A stretch of 40,480 nt of DNA from a candidate division WOR-3 bacterium. Lineage in GTDB: Bacteria > Hydrothermota > Tepidihabitantia > Tepidihabitantales > Tepidihabitantaceae. Made by a program: the position numbers and the translations under genes. Below are positions 1 to 8,293 of the stretch, one piece after another. The number at the start of each line of letters is the position of its first letter. The first letter of the stretch is position 1. The notes under the pieces are model-generated. The model searched no databases. It was not told the origin of the DNA and saw only the letters and a program-made list of their open reading frames with translations. The stretch is taken from assembly GCA_965648935.1 (NCBI GenBank), contig CBFGIY010000014.1, forward strand, positions 1-40,480, written 5' to 3'.

Positions 1-956
1 GCATTCTTCTGGTCTGTCAGGTGGTCAAAGCCGCGCAAGTCCAGTTGTCTCAGGCGACCGTCAAGCCGGTACTTCACTCCGTTGCCGGTCAACACCTGTC
101 CGATGGCTGTGACTCTGGTGCCGGCGCAGATCCGGGCCAGGCCGGGTCGGGCCGTGAAGAGCAATTCGTAGTCCTCGCCCGCAGTCAGCACAAAACGAAG
201 CGGGTCAAGCCCGAGCAGCGCGCAGAGGCGCGCGGTCGACTGGTTGACCGGAATGCGAGAGCAGTCAATCTCGACCGCGACGCCGCTCGCGCGGGCGATG
301 TGCGCGGCGTCGGTGGCAAGACCGTCAGAGGTGTCGATGAGCGCTCGCATCGCGCCGCGCAGCCGGCGCATCACGGCGATGCGCGGCAGCGGGCAGAGGT
401 GCCGTTCGACCGCTGGGCGATAACGGGTCCGGGGCAGGCGTCGGCTGAGAGCGAGGCGGCCGGCCTCGGCCGAGCCCAGGGTGCCGGTGACATAGAGCAC
501 GTCGCCGGGCCGGGCGGTACAGCGCAGGCGGGGGCTGCGCGCCCGGCCGGCCGCAGACAGCGCCAGAACAAGCTGGTCGCCAACGATAATGTCGCCGCCG
601 GCAACCTCGGCTCCGAGCCGCGCGCACACCGATTCGATACCGCGGTACAGGCGGCGCACAGCGTCCGCTGTCATCTTCCGGGGCAGGCACAGCGCCACGG
701 TCAGGGCTTCGGGTTCGGCCGCCATCGCGACGACGTCGGACAGGGCGGCGCAGGCACAGCGCCGGCCGATGTCTTCGATGTTCATATAGCCGGAGTCGAA
801 ATGGACGCCCTCGGCATAGGCGTCGGTGGTCAGCACGACGCCGCCGGAGAGCACGCAGGCGTCGTCGCCGATGCCGACCGGCACGCGGCCGCGGCGGCGG
901 ATCGTGCGCTGTATCAGCGCGATGAGCCGGTCTTCGCCGGAGAGCTGATGTTTCAC
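1..956 (-). CDS. thiL: Thiamine-monophosphate kinase (3' end runs off the window)
   Basis: Absent from the ORF track because there is no stop in the window. Manual translation from GTG 956: VKHQLSGEDRLIALIQ...GIGDDAC...TTDAYAEGVHF...LSDVVAMAAEP...AGGD...DTSDGL...GEDYELLFT...GFDHL, the ThiL motifs in order. Confidence 0.93.
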   Translation of the reverse strand, partial: MKHQLSGEDRLIALIQRTIRRRGRVPVGIGDDACVLSGGVVLTTDAYAEGVHFDSGYMNIEDIGRRCACAALSDVVAMAAEPEALTVALCLPRKMTADAVRRLYRGIESVCARLGAEVAGGDIIVGDQLVLALSAAGRARSPRLRCTARPGDVLYVTGTLGSAEAGRLALSRRLPRTRYRPAVERHLCPLPRIAVMRRLRGAMRALIDTSDGLATDAAHIARASGVAVEIDCSRIPVNQSTARLCALLGLDPLRFVLTAGEDYELLFTARPGLARICAGTRVTAIGQVLTGNGVKYRLDGRLRQLDLRGFDHLTDQKN

Positions 957-962
957 CGCGCA

Positions 963-990
963 ATGATAGCCCAATCCGGGCCGGAGGCAA
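963..990 (-). promoter_or_regulatory. Putative sigma70 promoter of thiL (leaderless geometry)
   Basis: TTGCCT-16 nt-TATCAT on the minus strand; GTG start 6 nt after the -10; no SD. Confidence 0.55.
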
Positions 991-995
991 TCGCC

Positions 996-1023
996 TTGAC
1001 CGAGCAGGGTGCAGGTCTATATT
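996..1023 (+). promoter_or_regulatory. Putative sigma70 promoter, divergent from thiL
   Basis: TTGACC(996-1001)-16 nt-TATATT(1018-1023), ATG at 1035. Confidence 0.65.
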
Positions 1024-1034
1024 GGCACGTGCCA

Positions 1035-1961
1035 ATGCGAGTCGGCATCCCGCGCGCGCTGCAGGCCTACCGTTACCTCGAGCGCTGGCGGTCGTTTGTC
1101 GAGGGGCTGGGGATGGAGACGGTGGTGACCGCGCCGACTGACCGGCAGAACATCGCCGATGGCGTGAGGATCGCGCCGGCCGAGCTCTGCCTGCCGACCA
1201 AGGTCTTGATCGGCCACCTGGTCAGGCTTGCGGATTCGGTCGATGCCATACTGCTGCCGCGGATGGACTGCCGGAGAATCGATCGCGACCTGTTCTTCGG
1301 CTGTCCCAAGGAGATGGCCCTGCCGGACATGGCGCGGGCCCTGTTGCCCGGCCTGCCGCGCATTGTCGAACTGGTGCTTGACGAGCGCGAGATGAGCGAG
1401 GCTGAGGGCTACCGGCGGCTGGCGCTGGATTTCGGGCAGGGCAAGCGCTGGCGCGAGGCGTACGGCCAAGCCAAGTCTCGGGACAGCAGTCCGAGCGCAA
1501 GGCGGGCATCGGCTGGCGCCAGTCTCGAATCGATGCCCGCGGATAACCACCTGCGGATTGGCGTGGTCGGGCACGAGTACCTTCTGCACGACGCGCTGCT
1601 GACGCTGGACGTGGTCGCGCGTCTGCGGCGGCACGGCGTCGAGCCGGTCCTGGCCGAAGGCGCGCTGCCCGGTTCGGATGGGCTGCGGCCGCGGTTCATG
1701 CCGAACTGGATCTTCGAGCGCGACCTGTTGCACGCCGCCGCCGCGATGGTCGGAACCGGGGGCGTCGACGGCCTGCTCCTGGTGTCGAGCTTCGCCTGCG
1801 GCACGGCGGCGGTGACCAACGAGCTGATTCGACTGATGGTGCACGACTCGGGCCGCGAGATATCGGTCCTGCAGTTGCTTTTCGACGAGCACTCAGGCGA
1901 GGCCGGCCTGAACACGAGACTGGAGTCGTTTCTGGACGTGATCCGGATGAAGAGGCGCTAG
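1035..1961 (+). CDS. Acyl-CoA dehydratase activase-related protein (DUF2229-like)
   Basis: True start MRVGIPRAL at 1035; the upstream part of ORF 21..1961 is thiL antisense. Motifs ELCLPTKVLIGH, FGCPK, VVGHEY, SFACG, DEHSGEAGLNTRLESF. Confidence 0.8.
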   Translation: MRVGIPRALQAYRYLERWRSFVEGLGMETVVTAPTDRQNIADGVRIAPAELCLPTKVLIGHLVRLADSVDAILLPRMDCRRIDRDLFFGCPKEMALPDMARALLPGLPRIVELVLDEREMSEAEGYRRLALDFGQGKRWREAYGQAKSRDSSPSARRASAGASLESMPADNHLRIGVVGHEYLLHDALLTLDVVARLRRHGVEPVLAEGALPGSDGLRPRFMPNWIFERDLLHAAAAMVGTGGVDGLLLVSSFACGTAAVTNELIRLMVHDSGREISVLQLLFDEHSGEAGLNTRLESFLDVIRMKRR

Positions 1962-3043
1962 TGCGGGCGGCGTTTCCCTACATGGGCTCGATTCACATAC
2001 CCATCGCGGCGATCATCCGTGAGCTGGGCGGCGCTGCGGTCGTGCCGCCGCCGCCGGACAGCGAGGCAGTGCAGACCGGGGTCAGGCTGGCGCCGGAGCT
2101 GATGTGTATTCCCTTCAAGGTTACGCTCGGCAACATGGTGCGCTGTCTGGACGCCGGCGCAGACACGCTGGTCTACACCGGCGGGTCGTGGTCGTGCCGA
2201 TACGGCTACTACGGGCCGCTGCAGTATGAGATACTCAAGGAAGAAGGCTATCAGTGCCGGATGCTGCTTCTGCGGCGCGAGCGGTTGGGCGTTCTTGTGC
2301 AGACTGCTGTCCAGTTGAGCAACGGTTCCTGGGCAAGAGCGGCTGTTCGCGCCGCGCGGGCGGTCCGGCTGGGCTGGACCAAGTCGAGCGCGGTCGATCG
2401 CGTCGAGGCGAGCTGGCGCAGGGCTCTGCCGGCTGCCGAGGACCGGCGGCTGTGCAGCCGGATTCACGACCGGGCAATGGCGGCGATAGACCGGACCGAC
2501 CGAGCCGCGCGGGTCAGGCAGGTCGCGCAAGCGGCCTGTGTCCGGCTTGACCGCCTGCCGCGGCGCCGTGGCACTCCGCCCCGGCGGGTGCGCATCATCG
2601 GGGAGAGCTACTGCGTGATCGAGCCCTACATAACCTTCGACATTGTCAGGCGGCTGGGCGAGCTGGGCGTGGAGGCGCAGCCGTTCCTGACCGCGCATCG
2701 CTGGCTGGGTTTTCACGGCCTGCGGCTCAACAAGAGTGAGGTCGTTCGCGCACGGCAGGCCGCGCGACGCTGGTGGCGGCATTGCGTGGGGGGCGAGGAC
2801 GAGAATTCGGTCGGCCAGTTCGTTCTCGCCGCCGAGGACGGCTATGCCGGTGTCATCCATGTCGGGCCTTTCGGCTGCATGCCCGGGACCGTGGTCCAGC
2901 CGACGCTTGCGCGACTGAGTGAGGAGCTGCGGATGCCGTACCTCGCCGTCTCACTGGACGAGCATTCGAGCGAGACCGGGTTGCTGACAAGACTCGAAGC
3001 GTTCGTGTCGCTGCTCGAACGTCGGAGCAACCGGCTTGACTAG
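1961..3043 (+). CDS. 2-hydroxyacyl-CoA dehydratase-like / CoA-enzyme activase-related protein
   Basis: FPYMG, PELMCIPFKVTLGN, CRYGYY, IIGESY, PFGCMP, DEHSSETGLLTRLEAF; paralogous to the upstream gene; 1-nt start/stop overlap. Confidence 0.78.
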   Translation: MRAAFPYMGSIHIPIAAIIRELGGAAVVPPPPDSEAVQTGVRLAPELMCIPFKVTLGNMVRCLDAGADTLVYTGGSWSCRYGYYGPLQYEILKEEGYQCRMLLLRRERLGVLVQTAVQLSNGSWARAAVRAARAVRLGWTKSSAVDRVEASWRRALPAAEDRRLCSRIHDRAMAAIDRTDRAARVRQVAQAACVRLDRLPRRRGTPPRRVRIIGESYCVIEPYITFDIVRRLGELGVEAQPFLTAHRWLGFHGLRLNKSEVVRARQAARRWWRHCVGGEDENSVGQFVLAAEDGYAGVIHVGPFGCMPGTVVQPTLARLSEELRMPYLAVSLDEHSSETGLLTRLEAFVSLLERRSNRLD

Positions 3044-3063
3044 TCAGCCCCTATGCTGATACT
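3036..3063 (+). promoter_or_regulatory. Putative promoter for the mazG-like/membrane-module operon
   Basis: TTGACT-16 nt-GATACT; GTG 3070 lies 6 nt after the -10; palindrome TGACTAGTCA (3037-3046) overlaps the -35. Confidence 0.4.
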
Positions 3064-3069
3064 GAGCAC

Positions 3070-3372
3070 GTGACAATCGCCGAGTTTCAGCGACTCATCC
3101 GGGAAATATACTTCGAGAGAGACAGCCGGCGCGGCACGGACGGCACGTTCCGCTGGCTGGTCGAGGAGACCGGTGAGCTGGCCCGGTCGCTGCGCCGCGG
3201 CGACGAGGCCAACCGGCGCGAGGAGTTCGCCGACGTCTTCGCGTGGCTGGCGAGCCTGGCCTCGCTGACCGGCGTTGATCTGGAAGCGGCAATCGAGAAG
3301 TACCGGCAGGGCTGTCCGAAGTGCAGGTCCACGCCCTGCCGCTGCAGTGAACCTCCGAGCGGAGGGCAGTAA
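3070..3372 (+). CDS. MazG-like nucleotide pyrophosphohydrolase, single domain with Cys-rich tail
   Basis: WLVEETGEL...EEFADVFAWL (EExxE...EExxD motif) plus a C-terminal CPKCxxxPCxC. Confidence 0.88.
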   Translation: MTIAEFQRLIREIYFERDSRRGTDGTFRWLVEETGELARSLRRGDEANRREEFADVFAWLASLASLTGVDLEAAIEKYRQGCPKCRSTPCRCSEPPSGGQ

Positions 3373-3381
3373 GGAGGCTGG

Positions 3382-4536
3382 ATGGTATTGCTAACGGCGG
3401 TTCTGCTCGTGGCTCTGCAGTCGCCGGTTCCGGGCACCGATGCGGCCACGGAGATGCCGGTGCCTGCGGCGCCGAGCGGGTTGCACGCACACGACACCCC
3501 CAACGACAAGGGTCGCAGCATCACGCTCGGCTGGACCGCGGTCGACGGCGCCGAGGGCTATGTCGTCGAGCGAACCGCGCCGGACGGCACGGTCGAGATG
3601 CTGGACGCGCTCGAGGCGGGCGAGACCGGATACCTCGACGAGTCGGCCGCGAACGGCACGGTCTACACCTACCGGGTCGGGGCGCTGGCCGGGGCGGACA
3701 CGGCCTGGTCCGAACCGTCGGCCGGCGTTTCGGCCAGTCCCCAGTTCTTCAACACCGGCCGGGTCAATATCCTCGTCGCGATGATTGTCTTTTTCGCGCT
3801 GGTCGTGTACTTCATCGAAACGGCGCGCAAGGGAAAGAGCCTTTTCGTGCGGCGCATCGCCGGCCTTGACGCGGTAGACGAGGCGGTCGGTCGAGCCACC
3901 GAAATGGGCCGGCCGATAGTCTACGTGCCGGGCCTGGGCGGCGTGTCGGGCATCGCGACAATCGCCTCCATCAACATACTCGGCGAGGTCGCGAAGAAGA
4001 CGGCGCAGTACGATTCAGCTTTGCTCGTGCCCAACCGCGATCCGATCGTCTACACGCTGGTGCGCGAGGTGGTCAAGGAGGCCTACACCAAGGCGGGCCG
4101 GCCCGACGCGTTCCGGTCGGACAACGTCTTTTTCATCACGTCGGAGCAGTTCGCCTACGCGGCAGCGGTGGACGGGCTGATGGTGCGCGAGAAGCCGGCG
4201 ACAAACTTCTTTCTGGGCGAGTTCTGGGCCGAGTCGCTCATCCTGGCCGAAACCGGGGCCCAGACCGGGGCGATTCAGATCGCCGGCACCGATTCGGTGT
4301 TCCAGTTGCCGTTCTTCATCACGGCCTGCGACTACACGCTTATCGGTGAGGAGCTTTACGCCGCGTCGGCCTACCTGTCGCGCGAGCCGCTGCTGCTCGG
4401 GTCGCTCAAAGGGCAGGACTACGGCAAGGCGATAATCCTCGCCGTGATCGTCATCGGCTCGGCCCTGCTCCTGCTGTCGAGTGTGCCGGGTCTGGGCTTT
4501 TTCGGGCGTGTGCTCGGGCTGTTTTCGGTGAGCTAG
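3382..4536 (+). CDS. Fibronectin type III plus DUF6754-like membrane protein (module subunit A)
   Basis: SD AAGGAGG; signal peptide; FN3-like segment (APSGL..DTPND.G.SITL.W...Y.V.R...YTYRV.A); TM; conserved-looking domain RRIAGLDAVDEAVGRATEMGRP...LIGEELYAASAYLSREP; C-terminal TM. DUF label is from recall. Confidence 0.75.
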   Translation: MVLLTAVLLVALQSPVPGTDAATEMPVPAAPSGLHAHDTPNDKGRSITLGWTAVDGAEGYVVERTAPDGTVEMLDALEAGETGYLDESAANGTVYTYRVGALAGADTAWSEPSAGVSASPQFFNTGRVNILVAMIVFFALVVYFIETARKGKSLFVRRIAGLDAVDEAVGRATEMGRPIVYVPGLGGVSGIATIASINILGEVAKKTAQYDSALLVPNRDPIVYTLVREVVKEAYTKAGRPDAFRSDNVFFITSEQFAYAAAVDGLMVREKPATNFFLGEFWAESLILAETGAQTGAIQIAGTDSVFQLPFFITACDYTLIGEELYAASAYLSREPLLLGSLKGQDYGKAIILAVIVIGSALLLLSSVPGLGFFGRVLGLFSVS

Positions 4537-4545
4537 GAGGCGGAC

Positions 4546-5175
4546 TTGAGACGGACACTACCGCTCGCGCTGTGCCTGGTGATGGGCATCAGCATGATAG
4601 TGCAGTTCTTCGTGCCGCACCCGGTGTCGGTCGGCTATTTCGAAACGACAACCAAGTGGATACGCATTGTCGGCGCGTTCGCTCTGGTGCTGGGCACGGG
4701 CAGCCTGATCGTGTACCACATCGACAAGCTCAAGCGTCGTCGCACCGGCTGGTTCTACTCGGTCGTCGCTCTGGTCGCGCTGGCGGCGACCGCGCTCATC
4801 GGGCTGTTCGGCGGGGTCAAGCAGGGTTCGATACTGCAGAGCATCATCTTTGAGAACATCCTGGTGCCGCTGAATGCGTCGATGTTCGCCATCCTTGCGT
4901 TCTACATGGCGTCGGCCGCGTACCGGGCGTTCCGGGCCCGGACCAAGGAGGCGGCGCTGCTGCTGGTCGCATCCTTTGTGGTGATGCTGGGGATGGTGCC
5001 GATCGGCGCGGCCCTGTGGAGCAAGCTGCCGGGCATCGCCGAGTGGGTGCTTTCGGTGCCGAACATGGCGGCCAAGCGGGCGATTCTCTTCGGCGTGGCG
5101 CTGGGCGGCATAGCGACATCGCTGAAGGTGATCCTCGGCATCGAGCGCGGCTGGCTCGGGGGAGGCAAGCAATGA
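4546..5175 (+). CDS. Uncharacterised multi-pass membrane protein, about 6 TM (subunit B)
   Basis: SD GGAGG plus TTG; hydrophobic 209 aa; motifs SMFAILAFYMASAAYRAFRAR and ATSLKVILGIER. Confidence 0.8.
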   Translation: MRRTLPLALCLVMGISMIVQFFVPHPVSVGYFETTTKWIRIVGAFALVLGTGSLIVYHIDKLKRRRTGWFYSVVALVALAATALIGLFGGVKQGSILQSIIFENILVPLNASMFAILAFYMASAAYRAFRARTKEAALLLVASFVVMLGMVPIGAALWSKLPGIAEWVLSVPNMAAKRAILFGVALGGIATSLKVILGIERGWLGGGKQ

Positions 5176-6014
5176 AGCTGTTCGAGTACCTGCTGCGCCT
5201 TGACCGCAAGATAATCTACGTCGTGATGGCCGTGCTGGTGATACTGCCGCTGGTGCGGCCGCTCGGCCTGGGCGTGACCTCAGGCCCGCGGGCGCGCGCG
5301 CTGTTTGACGCGGTGGATGCGCTGCCGCCGGGCAAGACCTTGCTGATTTCCGTGGATTTCGACCCGAGCTCGATGCCCGAGCTGTACCCGATGCTCACCG
5401 CGCTGATGCGCCACGCGTTCGCGAAGGACGTGAAGGTGCTGTTGTGCGGGCTGTGGATAACCGGCGCCGGCCTTGCCGATATGGCGGTGCAGACGGTCGC
5501 GCCCGAGTACAACAAGAAGTACGGCGAGGACGTGGTCTACCTCGGGTGGAAAGCCGGGGTCGACGCGGTCATTCTCGGGATGGGCGAGAACATCAAGAAC
5601 GTCTTCCCGGTCGACCACTACGGGCACCCGCTCGACTCGCTGCCGATGATGGACAATGTCGTCAAGCTGCGCGACATCCCGCTGGCCGTGGCCCTGTCGG
5701 CGGGCATGCCGGGTTACAACGACTGGTTGCTGTACGGCCAGTCGCGCTACGGCCTGCGGGTCGGGGCTGGTGTGACCGCGGTGTCGGCGGCCGACGCCTA
5801 CCCGTTCCTGCAGACCGGCCAGCTCACCGGCCTGCTCGCCGGTATGAAGGGCGGCGCTGAGTACGAGGTGATGGTCGAGAAGGCGGGCTATTCCAAGGCC
5901 TACATGCCGGCGGTGGCGGCGATGGACTCGCAGTCGCTCGCCCATGTGGTGATAATGGTGCTGGTGCTCATCGGCAACATCGCCTTCTTCGCCACGAGAA
6001 AGAGGAGGGCGTGA
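5172..6014 (+). CDS. Uncharacterised membrane-anchored protein, TM-domain-TM (subunit C)
   Basis: ATG 5172 with GGAGG and ATGA overlap with the upstream gene; motifs DFDPSSMPELYPM, YGEDVVYLG, GLLAGMKGGAEYE, MDSQS. Confidence 0.8.
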   Translation: MKLFEYLLRLDRKIIYVVMAVLVILPLVRPLGLGVTSGPRARALFDAVDALPPGKTLLISVDFDPSSMPELYPMLTALMRHAFAKDVKVLLCGLWITGAGLADMAVQTVAPEYNKKYGEDVVYLGWKAGVDAVILGMGENIKNVFPVDHYGHPLDSLPMMDNVVKLRDIPLAVALSAGMPGYNDWLLYGQSRYGLRVGAGVTAVSAADAYPFLQTGQLTGLLAGMKGGAEYEVMVEKAGYSKAYMPAVAAMDSQSLAHVVIMVLVLIGNIAFFATRKRRA

Positions 6015-6643
6015 TGCACATCTCGACCAGTGTGTTGACCTGGCTGGCCGCGATACTGACGCTGGGCATTTTCTCGTTCCTGTGGAAGGACAACCCGTTC
6101 TACAAGCTCTGCGAGCACCTCTTTGTCGGCGTTTCGGCCGGCTACACGATCGCCATCACCTGGCACAGCACGGTGCGGCCTGACCTCATCCAGCCGCTCT
6201 TCGGGCAGGGCCAGCTTCTCTACATCATCCCGTTCGTGCTCGGCCTGCTCTACTTCACCCGGTTCATCCCCAGGGTCTCGTGGCTCATCCGTTTCCCGAT
6301 GGCGTTCGTGCTCGGCTGGGCCGCGGGCGCGGCGATACCGGCGCTGTTCCAGACCAACATCATGCGCCAGATGCAGGGCACACTGCTCGTGCCCTCGGTG
6401 CTCGCGCGCTGGGACACCTTTCTGTTCGCGCTGATATCGCTCGTCGGCGTGGTCTGCACGGTGCTCTACTTCTTCTTCTCGCGCGAGCACAAGGGCGCGC
6501 TGCGCATCGCGTCCGAGACCGGCATCGTCTACCTGATGGTCGGGTTCGGCGCGTCGTTCGGCTACACGGTGATGGCGCGGATGTCGCTGCTCATCGGCCG
6601 GCTGCAGTTTTTGCTCCGCGACTGGCTCGGCATCATCAAGTAG
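6011..6643 (+). CDS. Uncharacterised multi-pass membrane protein, about 6 TM (subunit D)
   Basis: GTGA overlap, SD GAGGAGG; 210 aa; motifs SFLWKDNPFYKLCEHLFVGVSAGY and MVGFGASFGYTVMARMSLLIGR. Confidence 0.8.
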   Translation: MMHISTSVLTWLAAILTLGIFSFLWKDNPFYKLCEHLFVGVSAGYTIAITWHSTVRPDLIQPLFGQGQLLYIIPFVLGLLYFTRFIPRVSWLIRFPMAFVLGWAAGAAIPALFQTNIMRQMQGTLLVPSVLARWDTFLFALISLVGVVCTVLYFFFSREHKGALRIASETGIVYLMVGFGASFGYTVMARMSLLIGRLQFLLRDWLGIIK

Positions 6644-6645
6644 CG

Positions 6646-8217
6646 ATGCGGGGCCTGGCGCTGTTCCTTGCGGCGGTGGCGATTGCCACCGCCGCAAGCA
6701 TCGAGCACATCCCGACCGACTCGCGGGTCTACGACGACATCGACCTGCTCAAGACCGCCGGGCTCATACGCTCGATGCCCTACACGAGCCGGCCGTGGAC
6801 CCGGGCCCAGGCCGCGCAGTGGGTGAGCGAGGTCGAGTCACTCGTGCCCTTCGCGCGCCTGAGCACGGCCGAGCGCGCGGCGCTGCGCCGGCTCGAGCGT
6901 GAGCTGGCCGACGAGCTGATCGAGCCGTGGGCCAACCGGCGCCGGCCCTTAGCCAGCATCCCGGTACCGGACGTGCCGGGCTCGCGCGCGCGGCTGGACG
7001 GCTTTGCCCGGGCCCGGGCCTGCGTCGACAGCCAGGCGGCAGGATTCGGTATTGTGATGAACAACCGGCCGGGTGATGACTTCGCGTTCTACAACCGGCT
7101 CGAGGTCACGGTGTTCAATCCGGGACTGGTGCGCGACAGCGTCCCGCGCGACTCAGCCGGCTGGCACATCCCGGGCAAGCGGGTGCTGCCGTGGCAGGGC
7201 CGGCTCACGGTGGAGAACGAGCTCGCCTACCTGGCGTTCCGGCTGCCCTGGCTGCGGCTGGAGGTCGGGCGCGACGAGTTTGTCTGGGGACCGGGATACC
7301 ACAGCTCGGTGATGCTGTCGGATGCGGCGCCGGCGCTTGACCACCTCCAGTTCTCCGCAGCCTACCGCAACTTCAGGTTCACGGGCTTTACCGCGCTGCT
7401 GTCGCGCTGGGGCATGCGGCCGCGGCTGCTGTCGGCACAGCGGCTCGAGGTGTCCTTGCTGCGGCGCGTCACTCTGGGCGGGGCAATGATGAGCGTCTGT
7501 TCGTGGGATTCGTTCCAGCCCGCTCAGCTCGGCGGGCTGGTCAATCCGCTGATTCCCATCTACTTCAGCGTGGCAAACTCCGGGCACGACGAGAATTTGC
7601 TCGTGGGCTTCGACGCGGTCGCGTACCTGCCGCCGGTCAAGGCCTACGGCCAGTTGTTCATCGACAACTACGAGTTCAACGACCGGCGGGGCGCGCCCAA
7701 CGCGGTCGGGTTGCAGGCCGGGCTGTACGCGGCGCCGCGCCTGAGCGCGGACCTGCGCGCCGAGTACGTCCGCGTCACCGCATTCACCTACTACCACCGC
7801 GTTCACTCGACGATGTACGAGAACTGCCTTGTCCCTCTCGGGCATCCGCTCGGGCCGGATGCGGACCGGGCCCTGGCCGTGGCGACCTACACGCCGCTGG
7901 ACTGGCTGCGCGGCGAGCTCGCGGCCGACTACACGCGGCGCGGCGCGCTCAATCGCGGCGATTTCCGCAACCGGACCCACGACTACGGCGATACGCTGCC
8001 GCGCTCTTTTCCGGCCGTGGCGCTGGACAGCCTGGGCAACATCGTCGAGGAGGTCGAGAAGACACTGCGCATCGCGCCCGGCGCCGAGGCGCGCGTCGGC
8101 AAGGACCTGTTCGTCAAGGCCTCGGTCGCCCTGTGGCGGGCCGAGAACTACAGAGGCACGCCGGGCGAGAACAAGCAGGGAGTCGACTTCGACCTCAAGC
8201 TGCAATACAGATACTAG
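6646..8217 (+). CDS. Capsule assembly Wzi-family outer-membrane beta-barrel protein
   Basis: Start MRGLALFL with signal peptide; SRPWTR helix bundle; EVGRDEFVWGPG..SSVMLSD.AP; LGHPLGPDA; terminal aromatic strand LQYRY. Confidence 0.78.
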   Translation: MRGLALFLAAVAIATAASIEHIPTDSRVYDDIDLLKTAGLIRSMPYTSRPWTRAQAAQWVSEVESLVPFARLSTAERAALRRLERELADELIEPWANRRRPLASIPVPDVPGSRARLDGFARARACVDSQAAGFGIVMNNRPGDDFAFYNRLEVTVFNPGLVRDSVPRDSAGWHIPGKRVLPWQGRLTVENELAYLAFRLPWLRLEVGRDEFVWGPGYHSSVMLSDAAPALDHLQFSAAYRNFRFTGFTALLSRWGMRPRLLSAQRLEVSLLRRVTLGGAMMSVCSWDSFQPAQLGGLVNPLIPIYFSVANSGHDENLLVGFDAVAYLPPVKAYGQLFIDNYEFNDRRGAPNAVGLQAGLYAAPRLSADLRAEYVRVTAFTYYHRVHSTMYENCLVPLGHPLGPDADRALAVATYTPLDWLRGELAADYTRRGALNRGDFRNRTHDYGDTLPRSFPAVALDSLGNIVEEVEKTLRIAPGAEARVGKDLFVKASVALWRAENYRGTPGENKQGVDFDLKLQYRY

Positions 8218-8254
8218 GAAGCGGTCAGAAACCAGAGGTCAATCAGCAAGACAG

Positions 8255-8276
8255 GAGCCGGCCTGCGGGCCGGCTC
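8255..8276. terminator. GC hairpin between convergent wzi-like and tsaC genes
   Basis: GAGCCGGCC-tgcg-GGCCGGCTC, 9-bp perfect stem; weak U-tract. Confidence 0.45.
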
Positions 8277-8293
8277 GGCTTGATGAAGCGACG

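Noticed and set aside
21..1034. N-terminal 338 aa of ORF 21..1961 as a fusion domain
   Set aside because: It is the antisense shadow of thiL; the real gene starts at ATG 1035 behind its own promoter.
3070..3372. MazG-like gene as part of a toxin-antitoxin or anti-phage system
   Set aside because: No mazEF or defence genes nearby; it looks like the common housekeeping single-domain type.
6280..6645. N-terminal extension of the Wzi-like ORF, and similar extensions of crt, tsaE, tsaC, YfhO, rpsT, pdxJ and guaB
   Set aside because: These overlap neighbouring genes, tRNAs or promoters; better starts with SD or coupling lie downstream.
8218..8254. Faint 7-nt periodicity (cagaaac cagaggt caatcag) after the wzi-like stop
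   Set aside because: Only 2-3 poor units with no partner arm; cannot be told from chance.
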